DNA from: Verrucomicrobiales bacterium
GTDB taxonomy: Bacteria; Verrucomicrobiota; Verrucomicrobiia; Limisphaerales; JAYPEY01
Reading direction: 5' to 3'
Length of the DNA stretch: 64,000 bases
Assembly: GCA_038126035.1 (NCBI GenBank)
Contig: JAYPEY010000005.1
Location: forward strand, 60,753-124,752
The notes beneath the pieces were generated by a model. That model searched no databases, was not told the DNA's origin, and saw only the letters and a list, made by a program, of their open reading frames with translations. Every line of letters starts with the position of its first letter. Position 1 is the stretch's first letter. A program made the position numbers and the translations under genes. This document shows, piece after piece, positions 1-8,605 of this stretch.

Positions 1-2844
1 GCTTTCCGCGGCCTTTTCAACGCCCCGGCGAATATTCTCGAATTCCTCACGAACCTTGGCTTCCTCATCGCGGGCCTCGTCGAGAAAGTTGCGACTGAGC
101 AGGAGATGGGTGTTGTCGAGCGTCTCCTCGGGTTTGCGTTGATCCGTCTTGCGCAGGGTGTCGTAGAGGTGGCGGGAGAGGATGGGTTCGGATACCTCGG
201 CGATCTCCGAGACCTCGCGCATGTCCTTGAGCAGGTTGTCGAGTTTCTCCTGCTGGCCTTCCAACTTCTTCTCGAGCTTCCCGCGTTCGCCGTCGTCGGC
301 CAGGGTCTTGCGGCGACTTTCGTCGAGGTTTTTCATCCGTTCGCCGATCTCTTTCTGGGTATCGGCGAGGTCGCGGGCCTCGGTGCGCATTTCGCGCATC
401 TCCTCAGCGAATTCGTTGGAGGTTTTCTTGCGGAAATCCTCCTTCAGGTCCTTGAGATTCTCCTCGGCCCGGGCGCCGGCGGCGAGGGCCTGCGAGGCCT
501 TGCCCTCCTTCAGGTCCTCCTCGGCGCGACGGATGTTCTCGCGCGCCTGCTCGAGTTGTTCGCGCGCCTCGGCCATTTCGGTGCGGTTCCGGGGTTCGTC
601 CATCCGCTGCTTGAGCTCATCCAGATCCTCGCGGAGGCGCTGCTGCTCCTCGCGAAGGCGCTTGAGCTGCTTGCGGAGCTCCTCCTTCTCCTTCTCGGAC
701 TCGGCCTCCTGGAGCGCGGTCTGGATGTCCTTGATGCGCTTGTTGAGGTCCTCCTGCCGCTGGGCGAGTTCACGAAGGCGGTTCAGGACCTGGAGTTGCT
801 CGCGTCGCTGGGGATTCTCCTGATCCTGGTTGACAGCCTCGCGCTGCGTCTCGTAGCGCTCCTCCTCCTCCTTCATCTCCATCTGGCTGAGCTGGCGCTG
901 CTGGCGGCTCTGGCGACCGCTGCTGCTTTGCTGCCGGTTGCGCTGACGGTTCACCTGAAACTCACGTGACTGCAGCTTGAGCAGCGATTGAAAGGCGGCG
1001 CGCTCCGCGGTCATGGCGGGATTCAAACCCTCGAGCTTCTCGTCCTTCTCAGCCTTCTCGAGTGCGCGGGCGGCCTCGCCCATGTGGCTGCGGGCCTTCT
1101 CGAGGTGTTGAAGCATCTCGGGATCCTGGATCTCCTGGGCCTTGGCGGCCGCCTGTTCCATGGCGATCTCCTGCGACTCTCGCACCACCTTGACATCGGG
1201 TTGAATCTCCGCGGCCTTCTCGGAGCCCTGACGCCGCATCAGCTTCCAGGTGGCGATCATGATCTGTTTCTGGAGTTCGATCAACTCCCCGGCCTGCCCG
1301 CGCTGTTGTTGTTGCTGCTGCTGTTGTTGCTGCTGCTGCTGTTGCTGTTGCTGGCCCTGGCGGAAGATCTGGTCGAAGGGACGCACCTCGGCGAAGAACA
1401 TGTCGCTGTAGGTCCGGCGGGACTCGCCGTCAGGTCCGATATCGTCCGCCCAGACGAAGTAGCTGACGAGTTCGTCAGGTTTGGCGTTGAGGGCTTCCAT
1501 GGCCAGGAGGTGGCCCACGGTCTTCTTCTCGTTGGCGCGGGTGGAGTCGCCCAGTTCGATGAACTTGGGATCGTCAGCCCCGAGGCTGTAGGCGAAACCG
1601 AACTTCTGCAGGCCGAAGTCATCGGAGATCTCGGCTTCGAGGGCCATCTCCTCCAGCGGCGAGACATCCATGTCGCGACTGGGAAACTTCAGCTTCATCT
1701 TCGCGGCCTCGTTCTGGTGGACGCGGATGCGGATCGCGGGAGGCAGCTTGTTCTCGCGGCCGGCGTCATCAGCGAGGCGAAGCTCAAACTTCCGGCTTTC
1801 GGTCAGGGTCATACGGGCGATGTAGAGATTGGGGTTCTCCGCGTCGGGCGTGAGTTCGACAATCTCATCGTCAGGCCCCGCGAGTTCGGCCTTGGCGACC
1901 GGTTTGTTGAGGTGGAAATGATATTCCAGCTCCGTGCCTTCGACGGCGGTGATGCGGCGCGTGTCTTCGAGGCGTTTGTGGCCCTGTCCGGTATATTCCG
2001 GGTAGTCGAGTTCCGCGTCCGCGCGCTCCAACCGGGGATGCTCGAAGACATTCAGCCGGAAATCGCGGGTGCGGCCGTCGTCGAACTCAATCCGGTAGAA
2101 GACGTCGTCCTGCACATCGCGCAGCGTGCCGCCAAACACGGGGTCGCTCAGATTCTTGACCAGCTGGATGCTCTCGGCGGCATTGGTGGTCGCGCCGAAG
2201 ATGAGACGGGCCTTGGCAGGCATGGGCTCCTCAAACCGGGCCAGCACGACCACCGAGGATCCCTTTTCTATCTCAGCGTCGCCGGGCGTCACCTCGACCC
2301 CGACGAACCCCGGGCCGATGACGTTGTCCGCCTCCGGTTTCGCGGGCGTGAGAAAACCGAGCCCGGTCATCGCGCCGAGGAAGAGGATCAACGCGGAGTG
2401 GTGCGCAAACTTGGCGAAGAACAGCTCCTCCACATTGCGCTGAGCCCAGGGACTGCGGTCATTGTGTTCGATCGCCTCCCGGATGACCCGGAACTGAAGG
2501 TAGTTGAACCTGCCGGTTTCGGGATCGGGCTGCTGCTCCAACGCGGCGAGCAGGAGGGAGTTGAGCTGCGGATCGCGTCGCTCGATCTGCCGGGCGACAT
2601 CCTCGAAATCGACCTTGAAGGTCCGGCTCCGCAGCCAGGCCCAAAGCGAGGAGAGCAGACCGGCGGAAAGCAGGACAAGGAAGGTGTCGGGCGACCACCA
2701 TCCGGCGAGATAGAACGCCGCGATGAAACCAAGGCCGAGCACGCCGACGGAGGCCCAGCAGGCGGCGAGCCCGCGCCACAGGCGGCTCTGCCGGTGCGCC
2801 GCCGCAATGGGCTCAAGTTCGTGACGCAGGAGGGGGGAGATCAT
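1..2844 (-). CDS. large membrane-anchored coiled-coil protein; C-terminus lies beyond the left window edge; DUF4175-like architecture (tentative)
   Basis: Not in the ORF track because it has no stop inside the window. The reverse frame, in register with the + shadow ORFs 106..969 and 988..2934, is open from ATG 2844..2842 to base 1; I checked the in-register + codons and found no TTA, CTA or TCA. The translation MISPLLRHELEPIAAAHRQSRLWRGLAACWASVGVLGLGFIAAFYLAGWW... gives two N-terminal hydrophobic helices. These are followed by a globular middle, a 17-Gln run and a long E/K/R/Q-rich coiled-coil-like tail (EKEKEELRKQLKRLREEQQRLREDLDELKQRMDE). The family name is from memory only. Confidence 0.75.
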   Translation of the reverse strand, partial: MISPLLRHELEPIAAAHRQSRLWRGLAACWASVGVLGLGFIAAFYLAGWWSPDTFLVLLSAGLLSSLWAWLRSRTFKVDFEDVARQIERRDPQLNSLLLAALEQQPDPETGRFNYLQFRVIREAIEHNDRSPWAQRNVEELFFAKFAHHSALILFLGAMTGLGFLTPAKPEADNVIGPGFVGVEVTPGDAEIEKGSSVVVLARFEEPMPAKARLIFGATTNAAESIQLVKNLSDPVFGGTLRDVQDDVFYRIEFDDGRTRDFRLNVFEHPRLERADAELDYPEYTGQGHKRLEDTRRITAVEGTELEYHFHLNKPVAKAELAGPDDEIVELTPDAENPNLYIARMTLTESRKFELRLADDAGRENKLPPAIRIRVHQNEAAKMKLKFPSRDMDVSPLEEMALEAEISDDFGLQKFGFAYSLGADDPKFIELGDSTRANEKKTVGHLLAMEALNAKPDELVSYFVWADDIGPDGESRRTYSDMFFAEVRPFDQIFRQGQQQQQQQQQQQQQQQQQRGQAGELIELQKQIMIATWKLMRRQGSEKAAEIQPDVKVVRESQEIAMEQAAAKAQEIQDPEMLQHLEKARSHMGEAARALEKAEKDEKLEGLNPAMTAERAAFQSLLKLQSREFQVNRQRNRQQSSSGRQSRQQRQLSQMEMKEEEERYETQREAVNQDQENPQRREQLQVLNRLRELAQRQEDLNKRIKDIQTALQEAESEKEKEELRKQLKRLREEQQRLREDLDELKQRMDEPRNRTEMAEAREQLEQARENIRRAEEDLKEGKASQALAAGARAEENLKDLKEDFRKKTSNEFAEEMREMRTEARDLADTQKEIGERMKNLDESRRKTLADDGERGKLEKKLEGQQEKLDNLLKDMREVSEIAEVSEPILSRHLYDTLRKTDQRKPEETLDNTHLLLSRNFLDEARDEEAKVREEFENIRRGVEKAAES
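1303..1353 (-). repeat. imperfect (CAG/CAA)17 tract encoding a poly-Gln run inside the 1..2844 gene
   Basis: The + strand reads ctgttgttgttgctgctgctgttgttgctgctgctgctgttgctgttgctg. The reverse frame gives QGQQQQQQQQQQQQQQQQQR. Confidence 0.9.
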
Positions 2845-2935
2845 GACATTGCTTTCTCAGTCAAACGAACGACCCGTCAGCGGGGTTACAGGACCCTGAA
2901 AGAACTAACCTATTCAGAATTCCGGCGCAACTGAT

Positions 2936-5900
2936 TCAATTCCCGGAAAGGCGGAAGCGGTAGAAGCGGCGCGTGAGTTTTCCCAGCCGGGTTTCCTGCC
3001 AGGCGGCGGCTCCGGAGGCGTCCGTGGTCACGGTTTCCAGCGTGACCCAATTGATGAGGTCGTCCGAGATCTGCAGGTCGTATGCGGCGTTGGGACGGCC
3101 GGCGTGATTGAGGTTGATCACGTTCCCCGCGTCCGGCGGCGCAATCGTCGCCAGTTCGTCATCGTTCAGGATGGCTCCGGCGATGGAGACCGCGGCGATA
3201 TCCTCGCCGCCGGACGCTCCGGGAAGGGCCGCCATCTCCAGGTCCACGGCCGAGCCGGATGTCCTCAATTGTCCCCAGTAGGCTTCCGTGGCGAGCCGGC
3301 CGTCGAGCGAGACAACCTGCCCCTCGGAAGAGGGGGCGATCCAATCGCTGAGATTCCCGAAGACCCCCCCCGCAGTGGCGGCGGCCGGGGTGGCGGCGTT
3401 GAAGGCGAAGAGCAACACCCGGGTCCAGTCGGCGGAGGGCGCAATCGAGGCCGTGCCGTTGTAGGCGCCCGCGTGCCCGTTGGAGGCATCCACAGCGAAC
3501 CGCGCCAGTTCGACGAGCTGCCCCGAGGCGATGAGCGAATCGTAGTTTTCCAGCGCCGCGCCGCTTTGGAGCTGCGGGTATAAGGTCGCCGGATTCGCGC
3601 CGGCGCCCGGCGCCGCCAGGACGACCGCGTGATTGTCGGCCGCCGCCGATGCGTCGGGCAACAGGATGCGTCCGGAACCATCGAGACCGCCGGACGCCCC
3701 GATGGTCGCCGTTCCGGACTGCTTGGCAACCATTCCCGGGGACGATGCCGGCGTGGTCGATATTTGAGCCATCGCGCCCCCAGAAGCGGAGACGGTCACC
3801 TGAAAGGCCTCCCTCGGCTCGAAATCGTAGTCCCCGTTGGCGGTGACGATCAGACTGGCGGAGGTATGGCCGGCGGAGATGGTGATCACGCCTGAATCGG
3901 CGACGAAATCAGAAGCCGAGGCCGGATTGTCTCCGATGCCCGTGACGGCCCAGTCCAGGTCCAGATCAGCCGTCCGGGCCGACGAGACGGAAACCGTGTA
4001 GGTGAAGGAGCCGCCCTGCCCGCCGCCTTCCACGGCCTCCGCCGGACCGCCCGAGATCGCAATGGAAATGTCGTCGTCCCGGATCGACACGGAGGTCAGC
4101 GATTGCGCGGCGCTGATGTCGCGCCCACCCGCATTGATCTGGTCGATGCGCACCTGAAACACTTCGAAGGCGAGTTCCGACCGGACGTCGCTGTTCACCG
4201 TAAAAGCCACCGGCAGAAAGGTCTGGCCCGCGGGGATTGTCACGGTTGCGCCGCTTCTGGGAACGTAATCGCTGTCGGCGACGGTGGCGGTGAAGTCCGC
4301 CGTGGAAATGACGACATCGACATCGGCGTCCACGATGGCGCTGAGGGTCAATCCAGTGACCGCCGAGCGGGAGCCCGCCTGTCCTTCCCGGACCAGCAGG
4401 GCGCTGCTCCCGAAACCGAGGGACAGCGCGGCGGCGTCGTCGTTGCGGATCACGCCTCGCGCGACGCGTTCCAACGCCACGGCCCGCCCGGTGGCCGACA
4501 CGATCGCCAGATCGTAGCCTTCATCCGTTTCGACCACGCCGTCGCCGGCCGTGGTCAGACTGATCGATTGGACCGTCTCGCCGGCATTGAAGGTGACGGA
4601 GCCCGAGGGAAACGCGCCGCCGAAGTCCTCCAGGTCGGCCTCGTCGCCCATGACCGCCCAGTCCACCGTGACCGGCGCGTCCAGGTTGCCGCCGCGGGTG
4701 ATTTCAAATGAATGTGTCACGGATCCTGAATCGCCCTCAGCCTTGTCGGCATCAACGGCTCCGACGGACAGCAACGGAGCCACGGCGGTGGAGGCGAGAA
4801 AACTGTCGAATGTCACATCGACGGCAGTCGCGCCAAAAGGGGGCCGCGAACTGGCGTAAATGCCGACGATTGAATTGGAATAACGGTCGTCCGAGGCGGC
4901 GACTGTGACAAGCGGGACGGCCAGGTTGTCGCCGGAAAAGATCTTCCCTTCCATGGCGTCGCCCTCCCCGGTGAATTCAAACCAGTATTGGCCGGACGAA
5001 CTCAGGCTGACCGCGGCCGAGGCCAGCGTCTTGGGATACTCATTGTCGAAGCGCACGATCCGGGCCTCGGCGACGTTGGGAAGGTAGAGGAAGGCGTAAC
5101 CTTCGGGCAGGTTGTCGCCAAAGCCGCCGGCGCGCGCGATCAGGCCGAACCCCAGATCCAAGGCCGGATCCCAGGCGCTGACCTCGACGCCAAGCACGAA
5201 GTCGCTGTCCGTATGATCCTGCCGAAGCGCCGCCGCCCGACCGGGGCGATAAAGGGAGGGCTGCGGGGAGGGACCGGCCTGCAAGCGGTATTCGCCGCCT
5301 GTCACGGTGAACGTCGCGGACTGCAGCGGGTCGTAGCGATACCAGCCGTCATCCAGGTTGTCCTCGAAATCGTCGAAGAGCGCCGCGTCGGAATCGACAA
5401 TCGTGCCCGTCGCGACGTTCTGGTCGAAAAGAAGCCGTTTGGGATCGGCCGCGGTCAGGGTGAGGGTGAAGGATTCGTTGTCTTCGACGAGATCGTCCTC
5501 GTTGATGGCGACGGAGACCGTCCGGGTCGTGGACCCGCCGGCGGCAAAGAGAAAGGCTTCGTCGGCCAACGCGACGAAATCCGAGCCGCCGAACGCCGTC
5601 CCGTCGGCCGTGGTCGCCAGCACAGAGACGTCCTGCCCCGGCGGTCCGCTCAGATTCACGGTGAAGTCCATCTGTTTCGTTCCGCTCCCCGGCTCGGTGG
5701 CCTGGGCGGCGACGATTGTCGCCCGGGGGACGAGACAACCTTCGACCTTCAACATGAAGTAACGGTTCGCGACATTGGAATCCGTCCAGGTGATCCCGTT
5801 GTCGGTCGATATCGCCTCCTCGTCGAGGATACCTGAGGCCGAGGCGGCGCGGGTCGCCCAGTCCAGTTCCCCCTGCACGTTGCGCACCACGATCCAATAG

Positions 5901-6292
5901 CGCGTGTTCGGCTGGAGCGAGACATCGCCGGGCGGCAGGAATTCATAATCCTTCAACTGATCGGGCGTGACGTTCCATTGATTCAGCGACGCCAGGACCG
6001 CGCCGGGCAGCCCCGCGTTGTCGACATGGATCAGGACCTCGGCCTGCGCGTCAAAGACCGCGGCTCCCAGATGCGCGGTGACCTTGTCCAGAAGGTAGGT
6101 TTCGTCTCCGGTTTCAAAGGCCTGCGCCACCTGCTCGTCAAAATCGATCCGGACGCTCGAAACGGGGCTGGTCAGATTGCCGACCAGAACGGAGCTGACC
6201 GTGCCGCCAAATGCGGACGCGGCGACAACGGCCGACACGACGCCCGCCGCGACAAGCCGCCAGGGTCCGCCAATCTGTGAATGATGCGCCAT
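2936..6292 (-). CDS. secreted multi-domain protein with Calx-beta repeats and a central LamG/jelly-roll-like segment
   Basis: 1118-aa ORF with an N-terminal hydrophobic leader (WRLVAAGVVSAVVAASAFG). It has Calx-beta-like modules (GSDFVALADEAFLFAAGGSTTRTVSVAINEDDLVEDNESFTLTL; DSDYVPRSGATVTIPAGQTFLPVAFTVNSD). The C-terminal tail is ...LTRRFYRFRLSGN. The opposite-strand ORFs are R/G-rich shadows. Confidence 0.85.
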   Translation of the reverse strand: MAHHSQIGGPWRLVAAGVVSAVVAASAFGGTVSSVLVGNLTSPVSSVRIDFDEQVAQAFETGDETYLLDKVTAHLGAAVFDAQAEVLIHVDNAGLPGAVLASLNQWNVTPDQLKDYEFLPPGDVSLQPNTRYWIVVRNVQGELDWATRAASASGILDEEAISTDNGITWTDSNVANRYFMLKVEGCLVPRATIVAAQATEPGSGTKQMDFTVNLSGPPGQDVSVLATTADGTAFGGSDFVALADEAFLFAAGGSTTRTVSVAINEDDLVEDNESFTLTLTAADPKRLLFDQNVATGTIVDSDAALFDDFEDNLDDGWYRYDPLQSATFTVTGGEYRLQAGPSPQPSLYRPGRAAALRQDHTDSDFVLGVEVSAWDPALDLGFGLIARAGGFGDNLPEGYAFLYLPNVAEARIVRFDNEYPKTLASAAVSLSSSGQYWFEFTGEGDAMEGKIFSGDNLAVPLVTVAASDDRYSNSIVGIYASSRPPFGATAVDVTFDSFLASTAVAPLLSVGAVDADKAEGDSGSVTHSFEITRGGNLDAPVTVDWAVMGDEADLEDFGGAFPSGSVTFNAGETVQSISLTTAGDGVVETDEGYDLAIVSATGRAVALERVARGVIRNDDAAALSLGFGSSALLVREGQAGSRSAVTGLTLSAIVDADVDVVISTADFTATVADSDYVPRSGATVTIPAGQTFLPVAFTVNSDVRSELAFEVFQVRIDQINAGGRDISAAQSLTSVSIRDDDISIAISGGPAEAVEGGGQGGSFTYTVSVSSARTADLDLDWAVTGIGDNPASASDFVADSGVITISAGHTSASLIVTANGDYDFEPREAFQVTVSASGGAMAQISTTPASSPGMVAKQSGTATIGASGGLDGSGRILLPDASAAADNHAVVLAAPGAGANPATLYPQLQSGAALENYDSLIASGQLVELARFAVDASNGHAGAYNGTASIAPSADWTRVLLFAFNAATPAAATAGGVFGNLSDWIAPSSEGQVVSLDGRLATEAYWGQLRTSGSAVDLEMAALPGASGGEDIAAVSIAGAILNDDELATIAPPDAGNVINLNHAGRPNAAYDLQISDDLINWVTLETVTTDASGAAAWQETRLGKLTRRFYRFRLSGN

Positions 6293-6381
6293 GGAGCCGG
6301 TTCGAAACGCGGGAAGTTAGCTCCGCTTGCCGCTCCACACAAGGGCGGGAGGCGGGTGGTGAGCGGTCGGCAATCGGTGTC

Positions 6382-6440
6382 CAGTATTCAGTGTTCAGTA
6401 TTCAGACCTCTGACCTCTGACCTCTGACCTCTGACTTCAG
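6382..6440. repeat. compound intergenic microsatellite: 8-mer repeats followed by 4 x ACCTCTG heptamer
   Basis: cagtattcagtgttcagtattcag (6382..6405), then acctctg x4 (6406..6433), then a degenerate acttcag. It abuts the stop codon 6437..6439 of the upstream gene and lies about 90 nt 5' of the Calx-beta gene start. Confidence 0.9.
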
Positions 6441-7366
6441 AGCAGGCTCTCGAGATAGCCGCGCGCGCGATTGATCTCGGCGGTGACCTCGGTCGCGGTC
6501 GACAGGATCGGAATGCCGCGGGGCACGGGATGCATGAAGATCTCGGTAAAGCCGTCGTAATCGATCTTCTTCAACGCTTCCACGATGGGTTTGAAATCCA
6601 GTTTGCCGCGACCGGGCATCTGAAGGAGTTCCTGTTCATTGGGCAGTTTCTTGTGGCAGCCCATGCCGTGCTGCCAGGCGTAGAACATCGGCATGCGCCC
6701 CTTGAGATCCACGATGAGTTTCGCCAGATCATCGGCGTTCAGCCCCAGGTTCTCCAGGTGATAGGGGGCCAGCGCCACGCCAATGTGCTTCGACGGCGCC
6801 AACTCGATCAGCCAAAGCAGCGAATCCGGCGAGTCCATCAGGTTGTTGCCGTGGTTCTCCACGCCAATGACCATGTTCGTCTCCTCGGCGACCGCGATGT
6901 GCGGCTTCATCTGCTCGGCGAATTTCTTCACGGCGGCCTTGAGTTCGGCGCCCTTGAGCTTCTTGGGGCCGCTGCCGCCGCAGATCACCACCTTGTTGCC
7001 AAACTTCTGACCGACACGCATGTCCTTCTGCAGCTTGAACGGCCCGAGGTCGTAGTGGGTCAGACAGCCCAGCTTCACCTGGTTGCGCTCCAGCATCGCC
7101 GCGAACTTCTCGTGGCCCATCTCCTCCACCTGCTCGCGCTGGTTGCCATGCACGCGCGGCCAGATGTCGATATGGGCCGCGCCGGTCCGACGCACGTCCG
7201 GCAGGATCTCGGACAATGGCAGTTCGCCATACATCGACGAGCCGACAATGTAGTTGAACTTGAAGGAGGAAGCCTTCGCCTCGGCCGTCAAGGCGGCGCT
7301 GGTTGCGGCGGCGCCGAAGGCAAGGCGTTTGGTGAAGGCGCGGCGGGTTTGTGGGATTCTAATCAT
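6437..7366 (-). CDS. sugar phosphate isomerase/epimerase (xylose-isomerase-like TIM barrel) with a Tat signal
   Basis: The ORF is 6437..7507; I prefer the internal ATG at 7366, which gives MIRIPQTRRAFTKRLAFGAAATSAALTAEA (twin-arginine leader). The body is typical of the AP-endonuclease-2/xylose-isomerase-like fold (HIDIWP..., VIGVENHGN..., ALAPYHLENLG). Confidence 0.85.
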   Translation of the reverse strand: MIRIPQTRRAFTKRLAFGAAATSAALTAEAKASSFKFNYIVGSSMYGELPLSEILPDVRRTGAAHIDIWPRVHGNQREQVEEMGHEKFAAMLERNQVKLGCLTHYDLGPFKLQKDMRVGQKFGNKVVICGGSGPKKLKGAELKAAVKKFAEQMKPHIAVAEETNMVIGVENHGNNLMDSPDSLLWLIELAPSKHIGVALAPYHLENLGLNADDLAKLIVDLKGRMPMFYAWQHGMGCHKKLPNEQELLQMPGRGKLDFKPIVEALKKIDYDGFTEIFMHPVPRGIPILSTATEVTAEINRARGYLESLL

Positions 7367-8135
7367 GACGGTTGGAGATTTGCCGAAGAATGTCGTCACA
7401 CCGAGAAAGCACGGTGTTTTGCGGGGTAAACCTGGCCTTGGTCGGTTGCGCTTGAGCGGCGATTCTGGATTTGAGTTGTCGAACGGGCGCAGTCGAGCGC
7501 CTGCCAAAGGAAATCAGCAAGTCTTCGGCAGCTTGAGCTTTCAAAGGCGTCTCATGTCGCTCCAAGATTCTTATGCACAATCTGACGGCATCGTCCTGAG
7601 ACAGATTGCGGAACTGATGGGCAAGCGCCGTGAATTGCGCGCCGTATGTCTGAACGGATTCCAATCGTTCCTGAATCTCAGCGCCGGAGTATCGGCTCAA
7701 CTCCTTTCCGGCCCGATCGATCACTGAGGGCGGATACTGCTTAGCCGCCGCAGTGGCCACATCGAGCAACGCTTTCTGTTCGAGTTCGTCACCTTCGTTC
7801 TCGATCAAGATCAATGCCACGCGGAACTCCCCGGATTCCGCGCACGCAAAACGGCAGTAGAACTGGTTCAGGCGTTCGAGTTCTTCGATGGCGCTCTTGG
7901 CATTCAACCGGCCCAGTTTGATCGCCACATCCGCCTGCACAAACAGATGTGACGCTTTCAGCATGTCGATCAAGCCCTCCACATCCTTGTTGTTGAACAA
8001 ACGGTCGGCCTTGGCCTTGGCTTGTCTGAGTTCCGCCGGATCGATCATCTGCAGGTCGGAGGTTGCTGCACCGACGCCGACAAGCATGAGCGCGGCGACA
8101 AGGGCGGCAAAGAACGATGATATTTGACGTGTCAT
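7359..8135 (-). CDS. hypothetical exported/membrane-anchored protein with a HEAT-like repeat
   Basis: The ORF is 7359..8189; I prefer ATG 8135 (MTRQISSFFAALVAALMLVGVGAA hydrophobic leader). It has a HEAT/PBS-lyase-like segment (LIDMLKASHLFVQADVAIKLGRLNAKSAIEELERL). It sits in a patch visibly less GC-rich than its surroundings. Confidence 0.6.
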   Translation of the reverse strand: MTRQISSFFAALVAALMLVGVGAATSDLQMIDPAELRQAKAKADRLFNNKDVEGLIDMLKASHLFVQADVAIKLGRLNAKSAIEELERLNQFYCRFACAESGEFRVALILIENEGDELEQKALLDVATAAAKQYPPSVIDRAGKELSRYSGAEIQERLESVQTYGAQFTALAHQFRNLSQDDAVRLCIRILERHETPLKAQAAEDLLISFGRRSTAPVRQLKSRIAAQAQPTKARFTPQNTVLSRCDDILRQISNRHD

Positions 8136-8176
8136 GTCTTCGTTGTGGCCCGATCCGGCAAACGCGAACAGACGGT

Positions 8177-8354
8177 TCACCTTCCGCACTTGAGAACATC
8201 CAGTCCGATCACACGTTCAAGATGTTCGTCACTTGTGGCGAGACACATTCCGCATTCCAACGCAACCGGCACAATCCAAATGTTGGCGGATATCGATCCT
8301 TCCCCGCAGGTGCGCGATGATCACGCTGGTATCAAGGAGGGTGTCGCGGCTCAT
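8177..8354 (-). pseudogene. vapC: degraded PIN-domain (VapC-type) toxin remnant
   Basis: The ATG at 8354 overlaps the antitoxin stop (ATGA). Frame A gives MSRDTLLDTSVIIAHLRGRIDIRQHL..., a PIN N-terminus with the first acidic residue, and stops after 41 codons. The +1 frame continues SANIWIVPVALECGMCLATSDEHLERVIGLDVLKCGR*, a typical PIN C-terminus. The central roughly 60-70 residues of a normal ~130-aa VapC are missing. Confidence 0.55.
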
Positions 8355-8560
8355 GAATCGGAAATGTGCCTGCTTTCCGCCAGAGCGTCCTCGAAAACCC
8401 GCGCGGTTTCGTCATCCAGACAACCAAACGATTTCCCCAGCGCCTCCCGTTGACGGCGCGACGCTTCAGGGACGAGCTCACGCACCATGCGGGCCACCTC
8501 GACGAGCTTGGAGTTGGGAAGCTCCCGCAGATCGTTGGTGATGGATTCGACGAGTGTCAT
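8351..8560 (-). CDS. type II antitoxin-like small protein (DUF2281-like N-terminus)
   Basis: 69-aa ORF, MTLVESITNDLRELPNSKLVEVARMVRELV.... It has a 4-nt ATGA overlap with the downstream PIN remnant, the classic toxin-antitoxin arrangement. Confidence 0.6.
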   Translation of the reverse strand: MTLVESITNDLRELPNSKLVEVARMVRELVPEASRRQREALGKSFGCLDDETARVFEDALAESRHISDS

Positions 8561-8605
8561 ACGCTTGAGTTTAGCGCCTGAATGACGGATGGAAAGGGTG
8601 TGTTT

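Noticed and set aside
106-2934. Long + strand ORFs 106..969 (287 aa) and 988..2934 (648 aa)
   Set aside because: Their translations are L/G/E/A-rich with no recognisable motifs. They are the in-register antisense shadow of the minus-strand gene 1..2844, whose translation has TM helices and coherent coiled-coil sequence.
6382-6440. Heptamer arrays (also 30201..30242 and 57958..58140) as CRISPR arrays
   Set aside because: The units are 7-8 nt with no spacers, there are no cas genes, and the arrays are under 200 nt. They are microsatellites.
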